DNA of 64,000 nt from positions 15,218 through 79,217 of the forward strand of contig NMRA01000884.1 in assembly GCA_002633005.1 (NCBI GenBank), written 5' to 3'. Both the position numbers and the translations under genes were made by a program. Origin of the DNA: Phoronis australis (lineage: Eukaryota; Animalia; Phoronida). The notes beneath the pieces are model-generated. The model saw only the letters and a list, made by a program, of their open reading frames with translations. It was not told the origin of the DNA and did no database searches. Below, piece by piece: positions 25,654 through 40,270 of the stretch (positions within the stretch are counted from its first letter, which is position 1; each line of letters opens with the position of its first letter).

Positions 25654-26425
25654 CAGTGGCGGATCCAGAATATCACAAGGGGGGGGCAACATTTTGTCTG
25701 TAAACATTTGGTCCAAGCACGATTGTAGAGGTGCATAGCACCAATGGGGGGAGGTCGGGAGGGGTGTTTGCCAGCGTTTGCGCGCGAAAACTCCTTCTTT
25801 GTGTAATGCTTATTACATGTTTTTTTGGTGCAATCAGTTCGTAACATATTTGTTGTATTTAAAATAGTCTTCAATTGCCCAAAAGACCAAATCCGTTTTT
25901 TGTGTTGGTAATAATGACGCGGTTGCTTTGGAAATCGTCTTTTAAGTTAAGGTTTGACAAAGAGAGAATTATGAGTTTCTGAGTGATTCACAAAAGCTTC
26001 GATTAAAATTGACATTTTACCAGCAGCTTCTGTTTTTTCACCATCACTCAAATTCCAGTTTCTTTAAAAAATGAAGTAATTTTCTTCATTGCACAGTGGA
26101 GCAGACAACGGAAACGTAGTCGTAGGGCCCAGCGTCACTGCCGGTCGCCTGAGATATCACGGGAGAGCCTATACATGTAGTTAGCCATAGTTCCGTTACG
26201 ATTGCGACGTGTTCCGAATTTAACACTTGAAATTGGATGTGAGCCCCCCCCTCTCCCCTCAAAAAAAACATTAAAACTGCACACATTTAAATCTTGTTTC
26301 AGCCGTATAATTTTAATTACCGGGGTTAATTAATAAATTCAACATTTCCCTACGCTCTTGCTGTTTTATTTTTTTGCGGCAGCCAAGGGGGGGGGCTCCC
26401 TGCCCCCCCCCGAAATCCGCCTATG
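25654..26425. mobile_element. MITE, CAGTGGCGGAT/ATCCGCCTATG family, 5-bp TSD ATTCG
   Basis: TIRs plus ATTCG duplication (25649-25653, 26426-26430); empty site seen in the inverted paralog at 41191-41210. Confidence 0.85.
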
Positions 26426-29400
26426 ATTCGAAGTATTCTTCCCTGAAATACAGACAGGAACTTATATCTGTGTTGTTTATACTCGTGTTTTGAGAGTTCT
26501 AAACACACGAAACGCTTGTTATCCCGGCCAGTGGCTCGGAACCCGATCAGGCCCGTCGCGGCCGTACTGACTCGTTCTCCCGGCCAATGGCTCGGAACTC
26601 GAACAGGCCCGTTGCGGCCGCCGGGACTGGCACGAACTTAAACCAGCTTGAGTTGGAAACTAAACATCTAGTCACGAAAATACTATAATAGTGAGCCAAA
26701 GAAATAATGTGCACGCAATTATTTATGTGAATTAGCCCGTGACGAAACTGAAAATCTTACTCAGTTGTCGGGGGCTGCGGAGTCGGATTCCCCTTCCACA
26801 GACCGTCAGGGCAAAGGTTGGGCAGTAACAATGATTTGAATAATGTATTTGTATTTCTAAATAAAGATTCCCCCAACATGTGACAATAGCATATAAAATC
26901 GAGTAATTGTTTCACAACAGCTTTCTGTCAGCAACTGAAACACTGAATTAGCATGCTCTCACACGGCCTCGGTGCCCGGTCAATTAGGCCTACCTTTGTT
27001 GGCGGCATCAAAAGCCGGTAGCGCAGTGGTTTATTGCTTGTTGGCTTCTCAAAACATCTGCACTCACGAGCACTCCAAGGCATTACAAATAGTATCTAAT
27101 GAAACAGACTTTGTTTCAGTTTCATATAAGCTGCATTGGTTAGGATCATTTTAGGATGAGAATAATTCATTTTGAAACAGAGAGCAGAATAATAAACGTC
27201 TATATTGCAACTCGCCGGGGCCAATCCCGACTTAGTCATACGACGAAGACTTCACAGATGTCTCGTTAGGTTTCACAGGCTATAAGTTCGAACTGGAATA
27301 CACTGATCAAGCAAAATATGAACCGAATGTACCCATACCTGACCACATATAAAGCTTACCTCCAGTTAAAACTTGCATTCGAAGTGTATTACTTATGCTT
27401 TTACGCTAGCGGCAAACCTTGCTTGACATTCCGAAAAACGAGCCAAAAAGTACGAAATTGGCAGCTTTAAACCCAAAACCGCGACTCACATGCGACTAAT
27501 AGGCTCCAGCAGAAAAATCACTCAGAATGCCGCAATATTTCCGATTCCAAAAATTGGGTAGACAGTGGGTGTCCAGAAGACTGAAGGGTACATGTACCTG
27601 TATTTCCAACCAAAACATGTCTTGCCGACATGAAGTGGTAGAGAGTTAACGAACAACCGCGGTTGCCAGAGGAATAGGTTGAACGGTCAAGGCAAACTGC
27701 AATTTTTTTCAAAAACGGGCTCAAAAATGATAAATTGCATCTGTAGCCACCACACACACAAAGCAAGTCTCGAAATACCAAGCCAATCCAGCAGGCGCGA
27801 TTTTTTATAAAATGGATAGGATTTGAATTTGGCTCGAAACAAGCTATTAAGAGACACATAAATACATGAACAGTGTTAATGTATACGTGTGTTTTGACAA
27901 CTGCAAACTTCATGAGTGCTGCACCAACATTTTATTGAATGTTAGTTAGTCGAGAGCAATTTCAGTCTGACTGTAATTTACCATACAACGAAATTAACGA
28001 CGTATGGTTTCTTCCTACGTGTAGTTGAGTAAAATCATATTAGTCCATCGCGGTGTTAACATATAGGCAACGTCGTAATGGGTCACTGACTTGTGTACTT
28101 ACGTAAGTTTTAATTGACGCTTAATTTCAGGCTGCCAAACGTGGAAGCACAATTGTTTGTTGGATGGTATTCAATTCCCGACTAGTTTCAAGCTGAAAAC
28201 CCTTTTCTTATCAACAAAAGTGTTAATGTCAAAGTCACTGAAAGACTTGAAAAGCGGTAGGGAAGTATGAACAAAATGCTAACAAGTTGGATTTTTATGT
28301 CAGACAACACATCACCGGTTAAGAAATTTTTCAACAGAACTTTGTTTGGACTTTCATATCAAATATTTTGTTTGTTTATCTTTTCGCAAACAACGGGGTG
28401 GGCAACTTATGACGTCTGTTGCTTTTTAACAATATCATGGACACCACGATGTTACAATTTAATTGCACTAAGGTCATGCTAATAGCTTCATGAGGTCTGT
28501 CGTACTCCAAAAATGTCCCGAAGTTCAAACGTATGGAAATGATTACAATACCCACTTAGTTCGTCTCTTCAGAAAATGTGTAATACACGTACATGTACAC
28601 GTAAGGTGTTTTTGTGCTTGGAATGTTGCTGTAATAGAGATCACGTGGTGTACCGTACTCATTTAATTTCTCGCTTGATCTAATTTTTATATATGGGTGC
28701 TTATTACTTTTGGGCAAGTGTATTGGTGCATTATGCTCTAGCTTATGATATCATTTTACGCCGCAATCGCAGCCTACTATAACTAAGTGTCAGAGGTCAG
28801 TTGGAACATAGGCCGCCTCTGCTAGTCTGGTGTGAGCCCGCTTTTATACTTTCAAACAACACACAAGCATTTTGACGAAAATTCTGCTGTAACATTAGGG
28901 TTTTGATGAAGAAATCTCGCAATTGTGTTTGAAAAAACAATAAAAGACACAAGCGGTCCAATTTTCAGAAAAAAAACTTCGACTACTACTGACACTAGGG
29001 TGTCCGATGACGGTCGGCGTCTTGATGTAAAAGGAAACAAAAAAGAGTTGAAGTTTTAAAGAGGCGTGAAACGCGACAACTTGTAAAAAATACCATTCAG
29101 AAAAATCGTGCTGAATCGTCTTCTTGGGGTGTTAACGTCAAAGTTATTCATTTCTTTCGAATAGTCCTTCGTTCAGTCAAACGGAAACGTACAGAGTGTT
29201 GTGGGTAGGTCACGCGCTTGCCAGCCGAGCCGAAAATATGCAGGGCACACGGGAGACAAGTCTAGTGCCTACCTTGCAATTGCGGTGGGATAAAATGTTG
29301 AAAAATAGTTAGAGCCTTAATTACTCAGTTTAGCAGAATTTCTGAAAATCACATTTAAACTAAATTCGACTGATGCACTGATCTGAAACATCAGCTAAAA

Positions 29401-31560
29401 TGAAATATCTTATTGTTATCGGCCTTGCGATTGTTACTATGGGCGTTGAACGTTTTGCAGTACTGACCAGGGCAAATGTGTCATCAGTCAGGTATCTTAA
29501 CCAAGGTCAACCGTGCAAGTTCATCAGTGACATGAGTTTCCAATTTTCTGACTGCATTGCAGTCTCAGTCTCTAAAATCAAGTTCTTTTTCTTTATGATT
29601 GAAACCGTTTGAATCGTAATGACGGTGCAAAACATCGGTTGAAATAGTGTAACACGCGACTTTGTCGGGAATGTTTTTAAATTAATATGAAAATGACTCA
29701 TACAACACATTTCCCAATTTAGTCCACGCAATTAAGATGTATTCATTTACACGTCTTCCATCACACACTTCCCACACTGACCTATCCAGTCCATTAGAAT
29801 GACACCTACGTTCAACCCTTCGAAAACTGCCTTCTAATCTCTTCCCCTGCCAAGTGATGGATGATGCAAATTTGTTAGTCGCAATTCTTTTTCGAAATAT
29901 TTTTGTAAGACTTCCTAAGTATATGTTTTGTTCTACTCGCATGCCATGAAACTCTTTTTGATATTCGGAGAATAATTTTTGTCATACGCACAATGTGGAA
30001 TGTGAATACTGAAAGGCAGATGTAGGTCGAAATTAAAGGGCCAACAAGTGGAACACTGGTGACTCGCCTGGCAAAATTTACAGTTTACCTGAAATTACAT
30101 GAACTAGACCTGAAACAATGAGATTTCGATATCCCCTGAATCCATAGAACACCTTTAAACTGATCCATGAACAAGGCATGGTCAACTATATAACAGAACA
30201 TATGAGCTGTCTAATCATAAACTTGCTTTTGGCAGAAAGCACGGGTTCAATGTCGCTTTAAACTTAAACCATCTTGAGAGTTACATAATTGAGTCTAGCA
30301 TGCGCCCGCCCGGTAGATCTAAGTGTTTATGCCCAAGGGTAGGTACCTGGAATCGGTAAACAGGAAGTTCGTAAAGTTAATCGTCACATTCCGTAAAGAT
30401 TTATCCGCGCCTGACTGTGTAGGCAATATTACACCGAGTGAATGCCAAAAGATAGAGGGGTTAAATTCATTTATGCTATTTTAGTAGACCTCGTACACCT
30501 GCCGGAGCACGTGCAATTTTGCTATGACGTCAATGGTTATTTGTAGCATTTATCACAAAATGATATTTTGAGTACACTAATAACTTCAATACACACAAGA
30601 ATGCGCAGTAAGGGCCTTCCGGCTTATAATATATTTCGTTGTTAGCAAGGCCTGCGTTTGATAATCCTGCAAAACGTCACGTTATTTCCAGATGTGAATG
30701 TACACATTGTGATTGAATTTGGGGACTGTTCTTGTTTTTCATCGACGTTGTTTTTTTGCCAAACACTAACCAACGCCAATCTCACGCTGTTTGTGCTCTA
30801 TACCCCACATGCTCTTCTAATACATTCCTTTAGCCGTTCGCATTTGACCATTGTCCGCTTATTGACCAGTCGTTCCGTGTTAATTAAATTAAAACAAAAT
30901 TTAAGACATTAAGCACTCTGCCAGGGCGAAGGATGGCCGTCAGTTTACGAACAACATACACATAAACATTACCCGTTGCAAGGGCACTGAATATCCATTA
31001 GAAAAAAGAATATCGGAAATGAACAAGTTATCAGAAAAGTATAGCTTTTCTACAATTTCGTGACCGTGACCGACAAGTAAACAACGCTACAACGAAAATA
31101 GCGCAATTGATAACAGCAGTATTGCCGGGTGACTTTTATTAAAACAAAGGCAACTTCGGCTGCGAGAATGGCAACATAATTCTCAATGATATTCATAAGC
31201 TTTGAACTCGTTCAAAAAGTTGTTTACATAGATTATACTATCGATTATTTACAGTATAGGACCGCAAGATTTGACATCAAGTCCAAACAGGCCTCACAGA
31301 CCATGCAGTTTAACTAAGGCACATTTTGATGTTATATGTGCTCATTTTAGGTACATAACAATTATAATTATGCATTTAGAAATATAGAATTTATCTTTGT
31401 TTTTAGTTCATACCACAATAAAATATTATGTGGAACCCTAGGAACTCTTAACGTTTGCTTTCTGATAGTGACTGTCACATATAAAGATGAAATAATTGAG
31501 CATTGACTCTAAAATGTGTATTTTAACATACGAAATATCGACTTCAATGTCCCTTCAAAA

Positions 31561-31945
31561 CATGTAACGTCCGTACATCTCTCTAAACATGTTAACTACC
31601 AGTTGCTGGTCCTCAGTGTTTTGTCTTATGAAATATGCTTCTGGACAGACGCACTTTATTCACACACTCAATGATAACTATAATATCTCTTGATTTGACA
31701 ATAAGTACTAGGCCCAAAGATAGGCCTACCATCCATGAATGTAGTGTCCGTAGACATTTTGTAGTGTCCGTAGATCTCTCTAAACACGTTAACTACCAGT
31801 TGCTGTTACTTAGTGTTTTATCTGATGGAATATGGTCCTGGCCACACTTTATTCACACAGTCAATTAATGGTACACTGTACATTGTATATCTCTGAAGTT
31901 GACAATAAAAACTACTATCCATGAATATAGCGTCCGTAGACATTT
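31561..31945. repeat. Diverged tandem duplication (about 200-bp unit)
   Basis: gtccgta.atctctctaaaca.gttaactaccagttgctg and cactttattcacac...ttgacaataa...atccatgaat occur twice. Confidence 0.75.
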
Positions 31946-32904
31946 ATGTCAGTAGACTTAAACGAGGACACTCCATGGCAACAATGTTTAACTGTGGTAT
32001 AAAGTTTGTGTAGGTATGTTGCAATTAAAATGAAATAAATACCTAGACTTTATAAAAAGCATTGTCTTGTTTGAGAGTAAATATTAGTTTTAGATTTGTA
32101 GCATCCGTAGATGCCCATACATTTTTATTATCACTTAAATAGTTGATTATTCAAACAACATTGGCTTCGGATGCTCAAAACAATTGTTCACAAACTGATC
32201 AGGACAGCCAAAGCTACAAATTTATACTGGTGTTGGTATGCCTACATCAAATTAAAAATTCGGTGCTCAAAAATGACCATGATCGTGGATAAGCCGTTCG
32301 CCTTAGTTCTTGAGCGGTGGCAATGCACGTTGACAGTACGGAACAATTATTACAAAATTCCTGAACCCACCTGTGCTTGTTGCCGGTATGTCAACACCAT
32401 CAAGTTTCAGTTCATATTGTTAAATGGCACAGACGGCAGGTTACGAAGTACTGACAGGATTCGTTAACACGGATCAAATATGTTATAAGTGTTTTAAATG
32501 TCAAAGGGGGTCTCGAAATCCAGTAGGATTTGTATTAGTGACTAAACAATGCACCTTCCCATAGAAACGCTGAATCGCGTTGCTCCTTTATCACACTAAA
32601 CGCCCCCATGTAAACCCACGGAACCTGCAATTATATTACAATAATCTTTGATAATTACCTGAAGTACTGTGTGCACAGGAATGATACACCAGCGTTTTTT
32701 TTTCTAAAATGGGAATTTTTACACAGAGCGCCATAACTTCCACTGACGTGATCTTTTAGAAAATTCATTTTCTAAATTCTAAGCAGCATACTGTAAGTCC
32801 CGATCTTTACAGTTCGTGGGCGAAAATGTCGAAAATAACATTTTGCAGCTAACTAGAGGAAGAATAGTTTTCGATTTCTCAGCAAAAACTCTTGTGTCAA
32901 TGGA

Positions 32905-33540
32905 CGTTACAACGAGCACGTGAAATATGATGCAAGTCGGAAAAACACGATTGCGTCTTGGTCGTATTTGTGCATATACAACGTACATGAGACACGTTTA
33001 GGTGATCAAGTAAATTCAGCAGCCATGAATACATGTATTCCAAACAGATTAGTTACATGGATAATGTTTTGCGCAGATTGTTACTGGCTCTCCGACAGCA
33101 CGTAACTGGCAAACTGCAGTCTCTCAAAATTGTTACGCGAAAAACCGATGGCAAGCACTACCTTTTTAGCGAAACACAATGAAATCATTTAAATCGTAGA
33201 ACTTTTTAAGTGATACAAGTCATGTGTCAAAGGAAGTTACAGCGAGCACGTGAAATACAACGCCTCGAAAAACACAGTTGCGTCGTGCTCTTCATGCATG
33301 CACACGGAGCACAATTTGGTGATTAAGAGAATTCTGTATCCATAACACGTTATAACAGATACGTGTACGTGTATTCAAAACAAATTACATGGGTAATGTT
33401 TTGCGCACATTGTTATTGGCTCTCAGATAGCACGTAACTGGTAAACTGCCGTCTCTCGAAATTATTACGCGAAAAATCTATGACAAACACCACGTTTTTA
33501 CTGAAACACAATGAAAACATTTAAATCATCGAAACTTTGA
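32905..33540. repeat. Tandem duplication (about 330-bp unit)
   Basis: cgagcacgtgaaata...ttacatgg.taatgttttgcgca.attgtta.tggctctc...gaaacacaatgaaa.catttaaatc repeated. Confidence 0.8.
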
Positions 33541-35719
33541 TTTCATAAAATGTTATGCGCACGGTTGTTGTTTTCAGTCCATCATACATGTAAATGGAGC
33601 TGTCAACTGGGTTCCTTGAGTTCGATGTGCCTGATGCTATCCATCGCTGACTATATCGAATAGTTGTTAATGCAACATGTATCCCTAATTTTTTTCTTCT
33701 TGAAATATCTAAGTAACTAGCGACTGTCATTTCATAGAAGTATATATTTTCTAAAATTGAGAATCTATACAAACTAATCATGTCGTTCAAAACAACATAG
33801 CATCCTCATGTTCACGTGAGCATGCATTTTTCACAAACATGTTTTTATTTGCAAGGTACATGTGCATTGATAGGGAAAAGATCTTTCACCAGGACCCATT
33901 TGCATAAAAGTCATACGCCGTATACTAACAACGACGTCGCATTATCACGCGCCACGTTGTTATTGTTGAACAATGCACCTGACGTCATGCAACAATCAAA
34001 TTTATCCAACGGATAACTTTTGAAGCGTTATGCAACTCAGCCCAGCATTCTCCAAGTTTTTGTATTAAAACTTTAATAACAGTGCTCCAATACCACGTCT
34101 TGGATTTTCGATAGTTAGTGCCGAAGTTTTTACTATGAAAAAGGGTACCCGCAACGTTAAGCAAAAACAATTTGTAATTCAATCGATTCATTGGAACAAT
34201 GCGCAACGCAAGTTAAAAGAACTGCCTTCCAAATTCAAACAAGTAGCCCAGTAATGCACATGTAAGCCACTCGACATCATTTTATCTGTTTGTTCTACGT
34301 CACGCTTTTAAGAGTCTTGACTTTTTGAAGTTTCACAAACACTTCAAACTACCGCCCACAGAGGTAATGATACATGTTTGTGTAAATGTTTCAAACTGGT
34401 TGAAGGTCACTAAAACGTGTGTTTACTCTTACCTGTAGAAGGGATAACACACAACGTCCTAACGTCTTAAGTCTTTGGAGATGGTTGATTCTTTCTAAAC
34501 GCTATACTGGTCACCTCAATCAAACGATGTCGATCGACTTGCTTGTGTAAATGCCAAATCGCTTCTGGCTTTGTGGTAGCCAGATTGCAGCCTCAAATTG
34601 GCGCGTATTCAAATCGTGGTCAATCACCGGATACGAAGTTGAGCGAATATGTGAGGTGTGCAACAGAGAGGCATGTGTAAATACCGGGGGATACTACCGT
34701 GGAAGGAAGGGATGTGCCGCTTAGTTTCCCTTTGAATGAGTTCCTTATTATTAACAAGTTTCTACGGCATGGATGCCTTTTCCGATTTAAACTCTACAAA
34801 GTGTCCACTTTTGGAAGTTCGAATCTCTTCAAAAAGTTTCCATATTCCAGCCATAAAAAGAGATTTTTTGCAACTACATGTACTGAATACCAAAACTGCC
34901 TATACGCTTCTACTGGTCCAAGCTTAATGGGCCTAAAATGCAACTGTTGGAGAATCTCTGTGAAAGTGTTTGGTTTGTGGAATTAACCGGAGCAAAAAGG
35001 TTATGTTTTTGGTACAAAACACTACAAAGGGGCAACTTTTAACGGACTCTCCATGCAAATGGGACTCTTTTTCCAAGTCCACCTCGTAAGAGGTAACGAT
35101 TTCCATCAGCAGCCCCCTCAAAAAATCGAGTGTGAGTCAGTTGACTTCATTTTCATTAAGCTTTTAAGACGAAATCATATTTAAGAAACAGGGAGTAGCC
35201 TCCGGCACGGAATTCGTTTTGCTGGGATTAGCGAAACTAAAATTCATATTAGTCTCCACAGCAGTCTCGTGATAATATAAATTACACAATGTTGAATCAT
35301 CAACACATACTAACTGATTTATGTGTGTGTTGGTCAAGCAATTATGGCACACTGTTATTGAAATTAGTAATTCTCACAGGTCTTTTGAGGCTCTAAGGAC
35401 CTCGCGTGACACTGTGTCATGCTCTGTTGATATTTGCTCTCCATGTATCGCAATAAATCCGTGAACCATGTTAGATGACCACTACATGTACCTCCTGCAG
35501 AGGAATGCTGTAACTGAGAAGACTTTCCAATGTTCATTGAGCACCACCGCGGACCTTGTCACACTGTAATTAGTGTTGCTGTTGTTTTTGTTTTTGTTTG
35601 GTTCAGACATCATGGTGGCATTTTTTGGCGGGCACCGGAGACAGATATCGGCTCAGAGCATCAGAAAAAGACTGATGCCACAGAAATGTTGGTCATTTTT
35701 TTCTCTGAAAATGTCTATT

Positions 35720-35800
35720 TTTGATACAAATAATCCATACTATGTTTGATACAAACAATCCATACAAAATGTACTATGTTTGATACAAACAATCCATACT
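35720..35800. repeat. Short minisatellite (tttgatacaaa(c/t)aatccatac x3)
   Basis: Three copies visible directly. Confidence 0.8.
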
Positions 35801-38800
35801 GGATATGGTTGAGATGGAGACACCATTTGGTCATATCCCATGGCACATTATGCGTGTGTAAACTGAAAAGAAACCGAATTTTAGAAATACTCACATTGTT
35901 GACATGTCATTAACGTGATGGGGAGGTTTCCTTTGGGGATATACACATATCAACAAGATTAATTTCCCAAAAAACAACATTTCCAGTGCAACAAAGGTCT
36001 TCTGCGCAAGATGGGAAATTAGTTAAATATATGATTTCCTTTAAATTTACCAGTTTGGAACGCATGGTGAGTTTTGTTTGACAAAATATATCACCAAACT
36101 ATAAGCTTCCTGCACTATTTGTGTTTACCTCATCTTACTACTAATATTTTAAAGTTCTTTTAAACAGTGGGTGGTGTTTCCTCGGAAACCTCATTACAAA
36201 TGGAGCGGCAGTTACGTGAGAACCCACAATCCATGAAGCTGCTGCCACTCAATACGGCGGCCGTTATCGCTGGTGGTGCACCACCAAACATAAAAATAAA
36301 CTTTTTATTCACTTAAGTTTCAAACAAATTGGAGTTATATTGAATGAGATTTATTTGGGCTCAAGTTTCGACGGAACTAACGCGATAAAATCAGTTTTTA
36401 AGGAAGATTTTAACAAAACTGATTCGGAAAGAATGTCTATAGGCTCACGGAACAGCATATAGACTGCAATCAGATTTGTGAAAAGTGTAACGGAACTTAA
36501 GTATTTACTTACGTACTCTTGACGTCACTTAGCTGTGACTTTACGTGTAGATGTCAGTATTAGTAATATTCATATTTGATCATTTTCCAAATTTCCAACG
36601 AGTAGCCGCGAGTCTTTAGGATTCAGTAATTAGGGATTGTCATGCAATTTTATCACTAGTAGGGTACCAGGTATTTGGATGTGTTTGGTGTTGGCATTTT
36701 GTAGTAATTTATAAATATCTGTTAGAAAACTGTTTACCTCACAATTGGGCTCAGTGTTGTGAATTGCATATTGCCAGTTTCAAAATAGTGATTACGCTAT
36801 CAACTTCAGGACTTCTTTAATCAAACAGACATGCAGCATTTTGTAATCGCCAAGAAATTCGTCAAGGAATTGGCAGATGGTGCTCTGCCAGTAGTCGAAT
36901 TCATTATATAAGACTGCCGGTTTTTTATAAATGTTTCACAACCGCTTCCACTGGTCGAACTCATTATAGGGTACTGTCAGTTTTTTATAAATATTTCACA
37001 AATGCTTTCGCTGTGCGACAAATTTTGCCCACGTCTGTTGTAATGAAATGTCCACGAAGAGAGGCACGTGTGTCTTATGTCAGCGTTCTTAGATAAATGC
37101 CGAATTCACACAAAGAATGCACGACCCGCTAAATCCTATTCTCCACTACACAGCTAGAAGACTTTGGTACATATAGCTGCTTCTACTCAAGCTGTCATTA
37201 AAGACCTAAAATCTGCGTTAACCTTTGTGATGTTCAACTATATCGTGTGAAGTTAATGTAGAGTATAAATTGGAGTGTAAGAACAAATGTCCAATTGACT
37301 GGAGTCCTAAGTCACTTTTCTGAAATGTTTTCCTGAAACTTCAACCGACCATTGGTGTTAAACACGTCGACTTTCTTCAGCCGGAGCTTGCTCTTCGACA
37401 GAAACGCCATTGCGTACAAAATCGCCCTTGCCACATTGTCCACATGCAGGCAATGAAATCGAACCACCTTGTCAGTGCCCTGAGATAGCAACCTGCCAGA
37501 CCGTTGCAGGTCAGAGGAGTCAGAAACAACGTGGTTTAACAAGCAATACAATCTACTTTAAAACAAGTAAATGAACATGCATACGTTTTACTTCAGTGTC
37601 TGCCTTCAGTCCAGAAACATTATGATGGAACTACAGCACATGGAGGAGTTTAAACCCGGCGATCTCGCCAAACAACAATGCGTCATTGAAGAAAAACCGC
37701 AATTGCATCCTGAATGGTTGATGAAACAAGGCGACCAATTGGTCTTTGTAATCGTTTACATAGAAATAATGATCTGGAACCGAATACATTTAATGAAAAC
37801 AACATGCCCGACCTAAGTGGGAACAAAACAATCACCTGTGCAAATGACATGCTCTCCGAAAACCAACAGGACACTTTACACATGTTTCGATTTTAGTACT
37901 TTTTAGGCCTATAGCATTTATGGGACATAACAGATTTGCAAAGTTTAAGCGATATTTTGTGACAGTCACACTCATCATAATCGTTTTTAAATAAATAACT
38001 ACCTACATGTATATCATTACTAGTATTATTAATGCACCATGTAAAAATGTCATGTGCATGTACATGTATAATACTCACTCTACACTTTCTAACACGCGGG
38101 CCTCGTCCAGTTCCAGCTTTCCAAATTTTGGTTCCATTTCATTTTCTTCAAGTATGTAAAACAGTCCAATACTTTTATTCCTTATAATTGACATATATTG
38201 CGTTCTCGTTGCAGCGCTCTTAGCAGTGTGTCGAATTACGTCACATGACGCAAGAACGCAAATTCGGGTGAACATTGCCTCTACTACCATAACCTCATTT
38301 AGTATGAATGAAACAATACGAAGAATAATATTGATACATGTTTTTCGGCAACTTCTTGACTGAACGCGAGCACTCGCCCACTCTCATGGCATCAATCGTT
38401 ATTAACACAATTTTGCTAGGAAAGTGATGGAATGCGTGTTCAAATTACAGTTTGAATGACAAATGCACGGATGTTAATCACAGCATTGCCTACAGTACAC
38501 GAACAGTCGGAAGATAACTAAGGTGAAAACAAATTGACCAGCACAGCCACGGTTAGACAATAGACACCACTCATTACAGGCTCAATCTTCGCCATTTTTT
38601 TCCGTCCGAATCACCACTAACTATGCAGCATACACGTTTGCCTAACTAACTCAACCATATGTCAATGTAATGTCCGCTCCCAATTAAAATGTCCATATCT
38701 TCGTTTGAGGGGTTTCACAGAAATCTGGGAAAATTACGGACAAGTACACGCCAAACAATGCGCCCAGTTCGCTTTTTCCGAAACCAATGGGCTCTAACAT

Positions 38801-39989
38801 TCCTCTCGATCATGCATATTTCACAAACTGTGAGGCACGTACATGCTGGATATTCGTGTTTTCGTACTTTGTGGAAAGAAATGTCAATCTATCTGGTATC
38901 GTTACGTGCAAACCGTGGGATGAAAGACTTGGCCTTGATGGTCCCCTAATATAGCCTATGCATGCACAAAAATTGAGAAAAGCAAATTTCCATAATAACA
39001 ACCTACAATTGATAATGACTTCTAACGACCTATTAAAGAGTTACCACCGTGCATTTTCTTAAGTTTTGAGGTTTCAGTTACATAATGAAATAAAATAGAT
39101 TAAAGTAAATAAGCCCTTTTTGATGCCAAACAGTCGCATTTTTTAATTTTGGAGAAAAATAGTTTCCCGCGAAATGATGTAATGGGTGGAAGTCGTTTGG
39201 TCACATCAATTGCAATGGCGGAACGCAGCAGATTGTGGTGAAAGAAACTAAATTCACGCATTTATTTGCGGGCATGGTGATGGATTTTACCAGTGCAAAA
39301 GCAAATCCGTCGCCTTTGAAAAGGGCGAGTCAATAGTTTGAAAAAGTGGCGGCATAGTGACGTGTTTTAAACAGCTTAAAAGCTGAAAGAAATATCATTG
39401 TTCCTATGATGTCAAACCTGTCTGAACTACTGGTGGTAACAACATATCAAACCGTGACGTGTATACGTGAAAATGGGAGGACTACACGTACACTGTAGCT
39501 GGGTAAATAGAAAATATTTTACCACTCTAAAAGGACATGATTATTTTGCTCAAACCGGGTCAAGGATAGTTTAAATGGGCAATATCCCTTCTGTTCTACA
39601 CAAACATGCCCTTTCTCTGTCTTTTATATTTTAATATAAAATATCCGATTAAATTGCCTATTGGTCAATGTTCGTTAGTCATAAGTTCATATAAATAAAG
39701 ACAGAGATTGGACATTCCAGTATTAATGGACGTGTGAGCCATGTGTCTTATGAGGCGCCATTTTTGTGTTGCAGATCGCTGTTAACAACACGCGTGGTTG
39801 TAGGCAGATAACGGAAATTTGGTTTATTAAACGAAAATGCCACCCGATTCAATTAGTCTTTTTACCGTCTTAATCGGTCTACATCCACGTCGCCTCTTAT
39901 ACGGTCGACCTCACCTTGCCGTGAGGTGTCGCGTTAACCTGTGAGGAAGGTGAGAAACGACTCAGCGACGTCAGTGGCTTGTCTGCAGA

Positions 39990-40270
39990 GTAATGCCGCT
40001 ATATTGCGGTGCATCGTTCCAGCTTGCCCGAATTGTGAAGCTACGAAGAAAGCGGGTTTATCGTTTTTTCGACTTCCTCGAGAGACCGAAATGCTTAGGA
40101 AGTTGCTCGCTGTACGCTGTTAATAGCAAGTATGAGGTCGTGAAACATCTCCGTGTATGTGGCCGGCATTTCGACGACAGTGATTTCTCTGAAGAATTCC
40201 GGCATATCAAAGAACTATCCATACGTTCCGTTGTCTGTGCATGTTCACGGCGCCTCTCTAGTATTTCGTG
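39990..40270 (+). pseudogene. THAP zinc-finger domain remnant (transposase N-terminus)
   Basis: CIVPACPN...GLSFFRLPRE and LRVCGRHFDDSDF across two frames match the THAP C2CH signature. Confidence 0.75.

Larger units (their letters stand above)
23110..27310 (+). mobile_element. Kolobok-like element end (left copy) carrying nested insertions
   Basis: TTAA-AGGAGAATGCCACCCAAAAATCAACCTAT terminus; after removing insertions it is the reverse complement of about 40268-41599. Confidence 0.75.

Noticed and set aside
35720-35800. CRISPR-like repeat array
   Set aside because: Only three copies with tiny non-unique spacers, eukaryotic context, no cas genes.
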